Positions 41,223-53,388 of a DNA stretch of 64,000 nucleotides are shown piece after piece. Source of the DNA: an uncultured delta proteobacterium (GTDB lineage: Bacteria; Desulfobacterota; Binatia; UBA9968). The stretch's first letter is position 1. Each line of letters begins with the position of its first letter. The translations under genes were made by a program, and so were the position numbers. Location of the stretch: positions 160,001 to 224,000 of the forward strand of contig CAVUVW010000016.1 of the NCBI GenBank assembly GCA_963745035.1, in the 5' to 3' direction. The notes below the pieces were generated by a model. That model was given only the letters and a program-made list of their open reading frames with translations. It did no database searches and was not told the DNA's origin.

Positions 41223-44200
41223 AAAACGATCACGGTACTTTCGAATTGATCGCGCGCCACTTCGTCACGGCGCTGGAGCCGCTTCGCCGCGCGGTCAGCG
41301 ATGAAAACGCCTTTCAAGCGCTGATGCTGCGCCTCGGCTGGGAGACGACGGGGATGCCGCCGGCATATGCGGCCATCGGCAGTGCCATCGCCGAGGCGGC
41401 GGCGAGCGTGAAAAACTTGAGCGACGATGCCGAGGCCGACGAGATCGCCGATCTGCTGCTCAAGACGAAGGCGGCCTATGAAAAAATTCGTAGCATCGAT
41501 GCCGCTCCCCCGGGCGTCGATGCTCCTTCGTTTCTCGCCCAAGTCGGCGAACGCCTTTTTGAAATTTTGTTGACGGACTATCTGGCGGCGGAGCAGACCG
41601 CTGTCTTCAATCTACTTTCGATGCTCAATGTCATCGAAGTCGAAGATCTTCCGGCGACGGCACAGCAGCGGGGCATCGTCCGCACGCGCTTCAAATGGGA
41701 AGAGATTCCCAAAATCATCGACGATCCGGCGTCACTTCCCGAACGCGTCTACGGCTGGGGTACAGCCGGATCTGCGATTTCAGCTTTTGGCGCAGCACGT
41801 CGGCGAATTGTTGTTCGCCATCGGGTTCCCGGTTTTTATCGGCAAGGCCGACGAATTGCTGGCGGATGCCTATCACGACGGGGAGGACGGCCTAGACGAT
41901 GAATCTTGGATCGTCAAAGTTCCATTCTATTACATCACCATCGCGGAAAAGAATTTGGAAGCCGCTTTCAGTCTGATGGAATTGAAGGGCGAAGGGGCGA
42001 AGCTTCCGGGGGTGATCATTCAACCGCAAATACCCGAGCAATTTCCCCTCAAATTCCACATCGCTCCGACCATCGATTTGAGGCTAAAGGCCGGTACCAA
42101 CGCGGCGTCGGAGTTCGGTATTGTGCTCCGGCCCGGAGAGGCCTCGGTCCGTTACCCGTTCGAACCGGGAAGGGCACCTCCGGCCGGCGGGATCGGCATA
42201 GGTTTCGACTTCAACGCAACGACGCCGACTGTGCTTTTCGGCGCGGCGGGCGCGACGCGCCTGGAGTTTCAATCGGCTGCGATCGATTTTGACGTGAAAT
42301 CGAGCGCCGGCGAATTGGATATCGTCCTGGGCGCACAGTTCAAAGGATTCTCGCTGGTGTTGGCCGGCGGAGAGAGCGATTCCTTCGTGCAATCGTTTCT
42401 CGGCGGCGGCGAAACGCCGCATCGAGATTCCCCTCGGCATCGAATGGTCGCGCCGCGACGGCGTGCATTTCGCCGGAAGCCAGGTCTTTGAAGTTGCGCT
42501 CCATCCGCGACCGAAGCATCGGGCCGTTCGTACTGGACGCTCTTGTCCTGCGGTTGGCCGCGCCGACGGACGGGTCCGGCGATTTGAGTCTCGTCGTCGG
42601 CGCGAGCCTGTCGGGAGAACTCGGCCCGGTGACGGTCAGCGTCGAAAACATCGGCTTCCATGTCGATGCCACGTTTGCATCCGGCAACATGGGACCCTTC
42701 GATCTGGACCTCGGTTTCAAGCCCCCGACTGGCGCAGGCCTCGCCATCGACGCCTCGGTGGTGGTGGGGGGCGGCTTCCTGCGCTTTGATGCAGAGAAAG
42801 AAGAATACAGCGGGATATTGCAACTGGAGATTGCCGAGAAGATCGCGGTCAAAGCGATCGGGATGCTGACCACGACGAATGCCCGGACGGCGCCAAGGGC
42901 TACTCGTTGATGGTCATCATTACAGCCGAAGGGTTTGCGCCGATCCAGCTCGGCTACGGCTTTGTGTTGACCGGCATCGGCGGGCTATTGGCGATCAACC
43001 GCACGTTCGACGAAGAAGCGCTGCGCGCCGGACTCAAGAACCACACGCTCGACAGCGTGATGTTTCCCCACGATCCGATCCGCAACGCCCCGCAGATCTT
43101 AAGCAACTTAAACAAAGTCTTCCCGCCCGCCAACGGCCACCATCTGTTCGGGCCGATGGTGCAGATCTCCTGGGGCACACCGCCATTGATCACCGCCGAT
43201 CTGGCCGTGGTGCTGGAGTTCGGCGTCCGTCTGCGGCTGCTGATTTTAGCCCAGGTCGTGGCGATTTTACCCAAACGGGAAAACGATCTGGTGCGACTGC
43301 AGATGGACGCCATCGGCGTGATCGACTTCGATCAAGGCACGCGCCGCCCTCGACGCCACGCTTTACGATTCGCGGTTGCTCAAGAAATTCGTTTTGACGG
43401 GCGACATGGCGATGCGCATGAAATGGGAAGGCTCGCCCAACTTCGCCCTCGCCATCGGCGGCTTGCATCCGGCGTTCAACCCGCCCGCCAATTTTCCCAA
43501 GCTCGAGCGCATCGCGATTAATTTATCTGCCGGCGACAACCCGCGGATTCGCTGCGAAGCGTATTTCGCGCTCACGGCCAACACCGTACAGTTCGGCGCC
43601 CGCGCCGAGCTTTATGCCTCCGCCGCCGGCTTCAGCATTCATGGCGGCATCGGCTTCGATGTCTTGATCCAGCTCGACCCGTTTCAATTTCTGGCCGAGT
43701 TTTACGCCCAGCTCCAGCTCAAGCGCGGCTCGAGCAATTTATTCAAGGTCCGGGTCGAAGGCGCGCTCGCCGGGCCGCGGCCGCTGCATGTCAAAGCCAA
43801 AGCCACGTTTGAAATTCTCTGGTGGGACGTTTCGATCCGGGTCGACAAGATACTGGTCGGAGGAGAGAAGCCGCCGCTGCCGGAACCCATTGATGTATTG
43901 CCGCGATTAAAAGAGGCGCTGGCCAATCCCGGCAACTGGGTGGGTCAGCTTCCCGCCGGCCAACGTCCCATGGTCACTCTGCGTGAAAAGCCGAGAGCAG
44001 CGACCGAAGTGTTGCTCCATCCGCTCGGCACCTTGACGATTAAACAGAGCATCGTCCCATTAGACATCGATATTTCCCGCTTCGGCCAGGCCGCGCCCGC
44101 CGGAGCGCGTCGCTTCACGATCAGCGGCGTCAGCCTCAGCGGACAGGGCCAGACGACGGAACCGGTCAAAGAATTCTTCGCTCCGGCTCAGTTCTTCGAG

Positions 44201-44692
44201 ATGAGCGACGACGAAAAGCTTTCCCGGCCTTCTTTTGAACCGATGGCCGCGGGGATGAGCATCGGCTCGGAGGAGTTCGCTTTTACCTCGGACGACAACG
44301 ATTGGCTGGAAGTCGAAGCGATAAAATTTGAGACGCTTATCATGAACAAAGAGAAGAAGGAAACGCGCCGCAGCGATCCAGAGCATTTGTATCGATTGAG
44401 CGCAGAACTTTTTGGCAAGCAGGCGCGCTTTGGCGCTGCCGGGGCGGCCGCGATTCGGCACAGCGGCAAGGCCAAATACCGTTCAGTGGTGGGAAAACAC
44501 CGGATTGCCAAGGAAGGGTGGAGCATCGTGGCGACGGATAGCTTAACGGTGGAGCCGGTGCCCGGTATCACAGAAGAGAAGCCGGTGATCTATTCGGAAG
44601 CGCTGCAGGCGTTAAGAGAACTGAAACTGCAAAACCCGGCCAAAGCCGCCGGACTGAAAATTATGAGACTCTCGGAAATTGCGGGTAACTAG
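41219..44692 (+). CDS. Large DUF6603-like protein, copy 1 (several frameshifts)
   Basis: ATGA overlap with the peptidase stop. Fragments in ORFs 41060, 41628, 42488, 42907 and 43376 join into about 1150 aa with FKPP.G.GL.ID..GGGFL, IQLG.GF.LTGIGGL, GGLHPAF and YFALTANTVQFGA. Family name is recalled, not searched. Confidence 0.7.
42715..44680 (+). repeat. ~2 kb direct repeat, copy 1 (C-terminal module of DUF6603-like gene)
   Basis: Aligns to 48491-50458 at an offset of about 5775 bp, e.g. ctgcgcgccggactcaagaaccacacgctcgacagcgtgatgtttccc at 43021 and 48796. Confidence 0.92.
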
Positions 44693-44705
44693 GATTGGGG
44701 TAGGT

Positions 44706-46949
44706 ATGCCGAACCGAGGCGTCAAGGGCCGCATCATCGACGAAAACGGTGCGGGCCTAAAAGATCTCACCGTAAGAGCCATCGATTTCGATCCGTTTTT
44801 CCACGAAGACGATGTGTTGAAGACGGGGAAAACCGACGCCGATGGAAATTTCGAGCTCACCTACTCCACCGAGGACTTCACCTTTTGGGATCCGCATAGA
44901 AATCCCGACATCGTGGTCCAAGTCTTCGGGCCGCGCTACGAAGATCCCAAGCTCTTCGGCACCCGACTGCTGCACGAAACAAAAGAAGCGGAGGACGTAG
45001 ACGACGAGATCCTCGACGCCGGCCTGATCAGAATTCACCGGGACAACATCGACGGTTGGCTCGTCACCCATACGACGTTGAATCCGGAAACGGCAACACC
45101 GGTGGCGCTGTTCCAAAACAACGAGATCACACATCTCGTTGACGGCGCCGCGATGTTTCCGGCGGTAACCGACATGGCGATGGGGGCGAACACGTCCATC
45201 AATCTGATGAGCTTGTTCTTCGACGTGGACAACCATTTGATTACGAAATTCAAAAATACTTTCAATCCAAGCAACCCCCCGTCCACGAATTGCAAGGCCG
45301 AGATGGAAGCGACGTTGGAAGAAGAACTGAAGAAAAAGGCCGAGAATCCGGGCGGGAAATTGGTCAATGTTATGGTCACCGACCTTCCTCTGTCAGCCAA
45401 CGACACGGTGACTGAGGTACGCGAATTTTTTAAGAATAAAGGCGTTCACACCAGCGCATTTACCAAGGGTTTTGCGGTTCTCCACGCCAAAGCGATTGTC
45501 GTGGATGGAGACAAGGCGATTCTTATGGGCTCGCCGTTGAAGCAGTTCTACTTCAGCGACGAGCGTCACGCGATTTACGACGCGCGGCATAAGGGGTCGC
45601 TCAACCACGACGTGAACATACAGATTGAAGGTCCCGCCGTCGCGCACATCGACAAAACCTTTGGCACGGTTTGGAGATCGACCGGCGAACCGCTCAGAAT
45701 GATCACCCCCAACGATATTCCTCCAAAAACAGGCGCGAATGCCGCTTCCGTTCAAGTGCTTCGGACCTTGCCGGGGCGCACTTTCAAAGGCACGGCGCCT
45801 TTGGAGGAAAACCTTCCTCACGGAGAGACCGGAATTTTGGAAGCCTACGAACGGGCGATCAACAACGCGGAGCGCTACATCTTCATCGAGAATCAATATT
45901 TTACCTCACCGGAGATCGTCAACGCGCTGATCGCCCGGCTGAAGGATCCTTCCAAGCCGAAGCTGCAGATTATTCTCGTACTCAATTTCCGCCCCGATTT
46001 GCCCGGCTACCCCGATGAGCAAATCGAGCTCGTCAGTCAATTGAGGGTCGCGGCCAACATCAACGGCCACCAGTTTGTAGTTTATACCATGTGGAGCAGG
46101 TCCGAGATCGTCGGTGCTGGAGGGCAGAAGCGTTTCGAGATCATGCCGATCTACCTGCACAGCAAAATCGCGATCATCGACGATAAGTGGGCGACGGTGG
46201 GAAGCGCCAACCTCGACGGCACCTCGCTCAACTATCATCAGATCGGGCTGATCGCTACCGGCGCCATCGGCGACAAGTTGCTCGACAAACTTCAATTGGA
46301 GAATAACTTCGGCAAGTTTTTGTGGGAGCTGTTTTGGTATTTGTTTCTTTTTATCCTGAAGCAAATGGTTTTCAACTTGACGATCCTCGCCGCGATTCTT
46401 TTCGTCGCCTATAAATTGATCTTTGATTTCAAGGAAACATTGGAAACAATCCGCGAAACGCTCGGCGATATTTCAGACATTCCCGAATTGGTTAGAGAAG
46501 CCTTTACGCGCACGGCGCCGCACGCTTTGCCGCACCGGCCCCGCCAGCCGCCACGCAGCGTCGAAATGAACCTGGTTATCTACAACGACATCGCTGGCCA
46601 GCCCCAGACGGACGTGATCAAGGCCTTGCGCGAGCGGCTCTGGAAAGAACATCTCGGTCTCGAGTTTCTTCCCGCCGAAATGGAAAACGTGCCGGCGGAT
46701 CCCGCCAATATGAATTGGGTCGAGACTTGGAATCGCCGCGCCGAGGACAACCTGCGGATGTTCAAGAACGAGCAAAGCGCGGCGGCGCACACTCCGAAAA
46801 TCCTGCCGTGGAAGCCGGCAACCGACGCGGAAGAATATTTGCGCGCGCTGAAAATTCGCACCAAGGGATTGAGAAACCAGGCCCAGAAGTTCCTCTTCAA
46901 AGACTGCAAGGTCGAGGATAAAAATCTCCTGCCATGGCCAATAATATAA
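44706..46949 (+). CDS. Phospholipase D superfamily protein (two HKD motifs) with N-terminal beta-sandwich and internal hydrophobic insert
   Basis: LHAKAIVVDG, YIFIENQYF and LHSKIAIIDD..GSANLD motifs. N-terminal VKGRIIDENG.GL..KTDADGNFEL. Intact ORF. Confidence 0.9.
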   Translation: MPNRGVKGRIIDENGAGLKDLTVRAIDFDPFFHEDDVLKTGKTDADGNFELTYSTEDFTFWDPHRNPDIVVQVFGPRYEDPKLFGTRLLHETKEAEDVDDEILDAGLIRIHRDNIDGWLVTHTTLNPETATPVALFQNNEITHLVDGAAMFPAVTDMAMGANTSINLMSLFFDVDNHLITKFKNTFNPSNPPSTNCKAEMEATLEEELKKKAENPGGKLVNVMVTDLPLSANDTVTEVREFFKNKGVHTSAFTKGFAVLHAKAIVVDGDKAILMGSPLKQFYFSDERHAIYDARHKGSLNHDVNIQIEGPAVAHIDKTFGTVWRSTGEPLRMITPNDIPPKTGANAASVQVLRTLPGRTFKGTAPLEENLPHGETGILEAYERAINNAERYIFIENQYFTSPEIVNALIARLKDPSKPKLQIILVLNFRPDLPGYPDEQIELVSQLRVAANINGHQFVVYTMWSRSEIVGAGGQKRFEIMPIYLHSKIAIIDDKWATVGSANLDGTSLNYHQIGLIATGAIGDKLLDKLQLENNFGKFLWELFWYLFLFILKQMVFNLTILAAILFVAYKLIFDFKETLETIRETLGDISDIPELVREAFTRTAPHALPHRPRQPPRSVEMNLVIYNDIAGQPQTDVIKALRERLWKEHLGLEFLPAEMENVPADPANMNWVETWNRRAEDNLRMFKNEQSAAAHTPKILPWKPATDAEEYLRALKIRTKGLRNQAQKFLFKDCKVEDKNLLPWPII

Positions 46950-49900
46950 TCTACGGCGCAACGGCCGGCATCGGCGAGCTGCTCTCGTTCTTGAAGGAGA
47001 TTCACGATGACGTCGGCGAAGCGAATGCCTTGATCAGTTTGATGGGCTGGGAGCTGCCGCCCGGCGTGGACGACATCGGCCTCGCGACGATCGACCTCGG
47101 AGATTTTCTCGAAAAGCTCGATGCGGTCATCGGCGCCTCGGACGAGGAATGGGAAGACGAGATCGCGGTCATCAGGCGGATCGCCGATTTGACCGTCGCG
47201 ATCAACGCTCTGGTGCAGGCGGTCCGCGCGCTCGCCGACGAACTGCCGACGAAACTGGCGTCGTTCGGCGATTACGTCGACCGAACACAGATCCACAAAC
47301 AACTGCCGCGGCGGCTGTTCGACTTTTTGCTGATAAACTATCTCGCGCAGAAAACCCCGCTCGGTTTCGCCGTTCTCAATTTGATGAACGTGATCGACTA
47401 CCCGCATTTCGAGGCGGACCCCGAGAACTTTCAAGTCGAGCACGTGCGCGCGACCGTCAACTATCATCTTTTCAAAACTTTGGTCACCGATCCGGCGGCG
47501 CTCGCCGAAGAAGCTTACGGATGGGGCACGCCGCAGTTCGCCGTAATGATTTTCTTGCGGCGTCTGAGCCAGCTCTTTCAGACCCTGGGGCTACGCAGCC
47601 GGATACAGCCGCTGGACCGGCGGGCCGAGGAAGTATGGGTGGAGACAACCCCTTCGGAAACGGAACCGATACCGCAGCTCATCACTTTTGTCCACGAGGA
47701 GCGCGGCAACATCGCCGGGCTGCGGCTCGGCTTTTCGGTTTTCGGCGCGCGCCCGACTTCAGAAGGCGCGCGCGACGGCGGTCTGGGTTTCGCGCCGATC
47801 GTGCGCGGCGAAGTGAAGGCGAGCATTCCATTTTTCCGGTTCGACGATACTTTCATCGATATCTCGGCCGCCGGCGATTTATTGAAGCGGCTCGCCATGA
47901 TCCTTCGGCCGAATGAAGATCTGCAAGTTCGTGCCGGCGGCGGCGTGAGCGAGGCCATCACGGGCCGGTTCGCTTTGACTCTCCGGCACGGCTCACCGGA
48001 CGGCGCGCCGAAAACGCTCTTGAATTTTTTTCGCGGCTCGGGATTGCGCGCGCAGCAGATTTCCCTAACTGGCGGCATGGACAAACAGCCAGATCGTCCC
48101 GGCGTGAGCTTTCTGGAGTTAGCCTTGTTGGGTGGCCGCCTCGACTTCTCATTGGATGACGCCGATGACTTTTTGCAGGACGCAATTGCGCAAAAGCAGG
48201 TCGGTGCACCGTTCGATCTGCGCATCGGCTGGACAAGCGCTAGGGGAATTTACTTTGAAGGTGGGTCCGGCGTGACGGTAACTTTGCCGGTGTACGCGAA
48301 GCTTGGACCCTTGGTACTCAATAGCGTTATCCTAAGGCTGAACGTTGCGGAGGATGGGGTTGGCCTCGAATCGTCTGTGACCGGCGAGCTTAACTTGGGG
48401 CCGTTGTCGATAACCGTGGAGCGATTGGGGGTGCAAGCTTGATGTCTCGTTTGGCAACGGGAACCTGGGCATTTTCGGCTGGTATCCCCATTTCAAGCCG
48501 CCGAACGGCGTGGGCCTGGCGATCGACGCCTCAGTGGTGGTGGGCGGAGGCTTTCTGCGTTTTGATCCCGAGAAGGAAGAATACAGCGGGGTATTGCAAC
48601 TGGAGATTGCCGAGAAGATCGCGGTCAAAGCGATCGGCATGCTGACCACGCGAATGCCCGGACGGAGCCAAGGGCTACTCGTTGGTGGTCATCATTATCG
48701 CCGAAGGCTTTGCGCCGATCCAGCTCGGCTTTGGCTTTGCGTTGACGGGCATCGGCGGGCTGCTGGCGATCAACCGCACGTTCGACGAAGAAGCGCTGCG
48801 CGCCGGACTCAAGAACCACACGCTCGACAGCGTGATGTTTCCCAAAGATCCGATCCGCAACGCCCCGCAGATCCTGAGCAACCTGAATAAAGTCTTCCCG
48901 CCCGCCAACGGCCACCATCTGTTCGGGCCGATGGTGCAGATCGCCTGGGGCACGCCGCCACTGATCACCGCCGATTTGGCCGTGGTGCTGGAGTTCGGCG
49001 CGCGGCTGCGGCTGCTGATTCTGGCCCAGGTCGTGGCGATTCTGCCCAAACGGGAAAACGATCTGGTGCGCTTGCAGATGGACGCCGTCGGCGTGATCGA
49101 TTTCGATCAGGGCACGGCTGCGCTCGACGCCACGCTCTACGATTCGCGGCTGCTGAAGAAGTTCGTGCTGACGGGCGACATGGCGATGCGCCTGAAATGG
49201 GAGGGCTCGCCCAACTTCGCGCTCGCCGTCGGCGGATTGCATCCGGCGTTTAACCCGCCCGCCAACTTTCCCAAGCTGGAACGCATCGCCATCAATCTCT
49301 CCTCGGGCGACAACCCGCGCATTCGCTGCGAAGCGTATTTCGCGCTGACCGCCAACACCGTGCAATTCGGCGCCCGCGCCGAACTCTACGCCTCCGCGTC
49401 CGGCTTCAGCATTCACGGCGAAATCGGCTTCGACGTGTTGATCCAGCTCGACCCGTTTCAATTTCTCGCCGAGTTCTACGCCCAGGTGCAGCTCAAGCGC
49501 GGCTCGAGCAACTTGTTCAAGGTCAGAGTCGAAGGCGCGCTGGCCGGGCCGCGTCCGCTGCATGTCAAAGCCAAAGCGACGTTTGAGATTCTCTGGTGGG
49601 ACGTTTCGATCCGCGTCGACAAGACGCTGGTCGGAGGAGAGAAGCCGCCACTGCCGGAACCCATCGATGTGTTGCCGCGATTGAAAGAAGCGCTGGGCAA
49701 TCCCGGCAACTGGGTGGGTCAGCTTCCCGCCGGCCAACGCCCGATGGTCACGCTGCGTGAAAAGCCGAGAGCAGCGACCGAAGTGTTGCTCCATCCGCTC
49801 GGCACCTTGACGGTCAAACAGAGCGTCGTCCCGTTGGACATCGATATTTCCCGGTTCGGCCAGGCCGCGCCCGCCGGAGCGCGCCGCTTCACGATCAGCA

Positions 49901-50464
49901 GTGTCAGCCTGGGCGAACACAGTCAGACGACCGAGCCGGTCAAGGAATTCTTCGCCCCGGCGCAGTTCTTCGAGATGAGCGACGACGAAAAGCTTTCCCG
50001 GCCTTCTTTTGAACCGATGGCTGCGGGGGTGAGCATCGGCTCGGAGGAGTTCGCTTTCACGTCCAAACGCCGACGATTGGCTGGAAGTCGAAGCGATAAA
50101 ATTCGAGACGCTTATCATGAACAAAGAGAAGAAGGAATCGCGCCGCAGCGATCCGAGAGCAATTTGTATCAATTGAGCGCAGAGCTGTTTGGCAAGCAGG
50201 CGCGCTTCGGCGCTGCCGGGCAGCAGCGATCTCGGCGCAGCGGCAAAGCCAAATACCGCACGGTGGTGGGCAAACATCGGATTGCCAAAGAAGGTTGGAG
50301 CATCGTGGCCACCGATGAGCTTAACGGTGGAGCCGGTGCCCGGCATCGAGGCGGGCAAGCCCACGATCTATTCCGAAGCGGCGCAGGCGTTGCGAAAACT
50401 GAAACAGCAGGATCCTGCCAAAGCCGCCGGCTTGAAGATCCTGCGACTGTCGGAGTTGTCCTGA
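46934..50464 (+). CDS. Large DUF6603-like protein, copy 2 (several frameshifts)
   Basis: Overlaps the PLD stop. ORFs 46934, 48510, 48682 and 50189 join into about 1175 aa. C-terminal half is nearly identical to copy 1. Confidence 0.7.
48491..50458 (+). repeat. ~2 kb direct repeat, copy 2
   Basis: See 42715-44680. Differences seen are mostly at third codon positions. Confidence 0.92.
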
Positions 50465-50500
50465 AGGTGAACTCATGGGATTGATTTAGCGAGGCTGGCT

Positions 50501-53385
50501 ATGGCTATCCCAACTTCCGCAAATTATGTGTTCCTGCCCTGGGTGCGGCAGGGAGCTGCATCCGGCATTCAGACGCCCGACAGCTTGAGTGCAAATCAAG
50601 CCGGTGTCGTTTCGGTGCCCGTCAAGCTGCGCGTCAACAACACCGATGACATCGATCGGCAAGTGCGCCTGCACGGCCCCGGCGATGTCACCGGCATCGA
50701 TCCGCAGCAGGTGGTGCGCACGGAGCCGCGCCATCTGGCCACGGATTTCGAGCCGAACTACTTTCCGGCCATTGAATTTGATCGTCCGGACTTTCCCTGG
50801 CTTTTCACGCCCGCGAAGGCCGATGCCGCCGGCAAGTTGCGTCCGTGGCTCTGCCTGGTGGTCGTGCGCAAACAGGAAGGCGTCACGCTGCGCGTCGACC
50901 GCAATCTGCCGCTGCCGGTGCTCGAAATCAAGGCGCCTGCCCGGCCCGAGCGCGAGCTGCCGGATTTGTCCGAATCGTGGGCGTGGGCGCACGCGCAGGT
51001 CGCGGGCAGCCGGCGCGATGCTGGTTCGCTGAAACAATCGTTGGCGGGCGATCCCGCGCTGACGGTGTCGCGGTTGTTGTGTCCGCGCCGGCTCGATCCG
51101 CTGACCGAGTATCTGGCCTGTGTGGTGCCTGCGTTCGAACTGGGACGCAAAGCGGGACTCGGTTTACCGATTCAGCCCGAGGACGAAAACGCAGTTGAAA
51201 CCGGCCTGGACGTCGGGAGCGCAATCTCCTCGCAAGTGACGTTGCCGGTCTATTTCCACTGGGAGTTTCGCACCGGCACCGGCGGCGATTTCGAAGCGCT
51301 GGTGGGATTGCTCGAAGCGCGCGATTCGCGCGAACTGCCGGCGGAAGTCGGCAAACGGCGGATGGACATCAGCCAACCCGGATTCCAGCATGACGCCGCC
51401 GCTGCCATCGGGCACGGCGCTCGAGCTTGAAGGCGCGTTGCGCCGCTTGGATGCGACCAGCTGCCGAATGGCCGGAAGAGACTCGAAAGCCCTTTCAGAG
51501 CGAGCTCAAAAAGATCCTCGATGCGCCGTGGCAGGCCGCGGCAGAGGAGGGCAAAGATCCGCTGCTCGCGCCGCCGATCTACGGCTGCTGGCAGGCGGCG
51601 CGGCACACGGTGGACTTGACTCCCGCCGCCGCCTGCGTCATGACCTGGCTGGATGAACTGAATCTCGATCCGCGCCACCGAGCGGTCGCCGCGCTCGGCA
51701 CCGCGGTCGTGCAGACTCAGCAGGAGCAGTTGATGGCCTCGGCGTGGGAACAACTCGGCGAGATCGAGCGGATCAATCAAATGCGGCGTCAGGCCCAGCT
51801 CGGCCGCGCCGTCAATGCCGTCTACCACGCCAGACACTTCAGCCGATTCTCCGAAGAGACGCTGTTGAAAGTGGTCGCCCCGGCGCAATCGCGGGTCGTC
51901 GTCGAACCGACCGGCGCCAACAACGACGCGGATGCTGCTGTCGCAAAGGATTTCGCAATCGGCCATCCCGGCCAGAGCCGTCTCCGCGCCGTTGCGCCGG
52001 TTGACAAGCCCGCGCGGCGTGATCAGCGCGCGCTTTCAGACGGTCGGCGCGCCGCCCATCGCCATCGTGGCCAGGTTGAACACGACAGTTCCGATTGTCC
52101 AGCTTCAGAAGAACGAAGCCGGTCTGGTGACGATCAACCAGGTTTCCGAACATCAGAGCGGGACATTGGCCGGGCAGATCAAGCAAACCGTTCGTTTCGA
52201 GAATGCTATCAACGCGCTCGACACCACACCGCCTGCTGGGCGACTTCACGATTGTGCCCGAGGGCGCAGCCGAAGCGCAGCCTGTTGGACTTCACGTCCG
52301 GCGCAGCCGGCCGACAGCCCCGACGCGCAGGCGTTTCGGAAGGCGGCGAAGGCGCATCAGGCTTACCTGCAGCAGGCGTTGACGTCTTCGATTTCTTCGA
52401 TGAACTTCCGGCGCCGCTCAGATGAACCTGACCGACACCAAAGCGCGCTGCTGCAAAGCATCGATCCCGAAAAGACCATCAACGCGCGGGTACAGGCTTC
52501 GCTCGATCATCGCCGGCGATACCGAGCCGCGTGCGATCCGCTCGAACCGATCCTGGATGCGCCCGAGTTCCCGCAGCCGATGTATGAAGCGCTTGCGCGA
52601 TCTCTCGCAGGATTTTCTGTTTCCCGGTCTGGAGCACGTGCCGCCGAACACCGTCACGCTGCTGGAGACCAACCCGAAATTCGTCGAATCGTTCCTGGTC
52701 GGACTGAATGCCGAAATGAGCCGCGAACTGCTCTGGCGCAATTACCCGACCGATCAGCGCGGCACGTATTTTCGCCAGTTCTGGGATACGTCGGCGGGCA
52801 GTGAGCAACCCGACATCGACACGATCACCAAGTGGGGCGACCGCAAGCTTGGCGAGAATGCCCGCGCGGGCGAGCAAGCTGGTGCTGCTCCTTCGCGGCG
52901 AGCTGCTGCGCCGGTACCCGAACTCGGTGATCTACGCCGTGGCGGCGGTGCGAAAAGACGGGCAGCTCGAGCTGTCGTCCGAACCGGCTGATGAACGCCA
53001 TCCACTCTTTCGCGGCACGCTGAAACCCGACGTCACGTTTCTGGGTTTTGCATCTGAAGCGACGAAGACGCCATCGCCGATCCCGGCTGGTTCTTTGTCA
53101 TCCAGCAACAACCGACCGAGCCGCGCTTCGGGCTGGATGTGGCGGATTTCGATGAAACCGCTGCCCGCCTTGACCGACGTGGAACAATCTGAGCTGGCGG
53201 CATCTGGCCAACACCGAAGAAGAATTGAAGGCACTGTCGCACGCCTCGGTCAAAACAGTGCTGCCGGACATTCCGACAAGGCGAAGTGGGGCAGGAACTC
53301 CGCGCATCAGGCTTACATCACGCTGCAACGCCCGGTGCGCATCGCTATTCACGCAAGAGAAATGATCAAGCAAGGCTCGACGTGA
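50501..53385 (+). CDS. Large hypothetical protein A of the operon core (about 960 aa, multiple frameshifts)
   Basis: GAGG RBS. Protein-like fragments FLPWVRQG, FEPNYFPAIEFDRPDFPWLFTP, PVYFHWEFRTG..GDFE.L, WLDELNLDPRHR, ELLWRNYPTDQRGTYFRQFWD and GELLRRYPN across successive ORFs. Confidence 0.7.
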
Positions 53386-53388
53386 TGC

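Noticed and set aside
42715-50458. Diversity-generating retroelement TR/VR pair
   Set aside because: The repeat is ~2 kb and coding in both copies, differences are not adenine-specific, and no reverse transcriptase is present.
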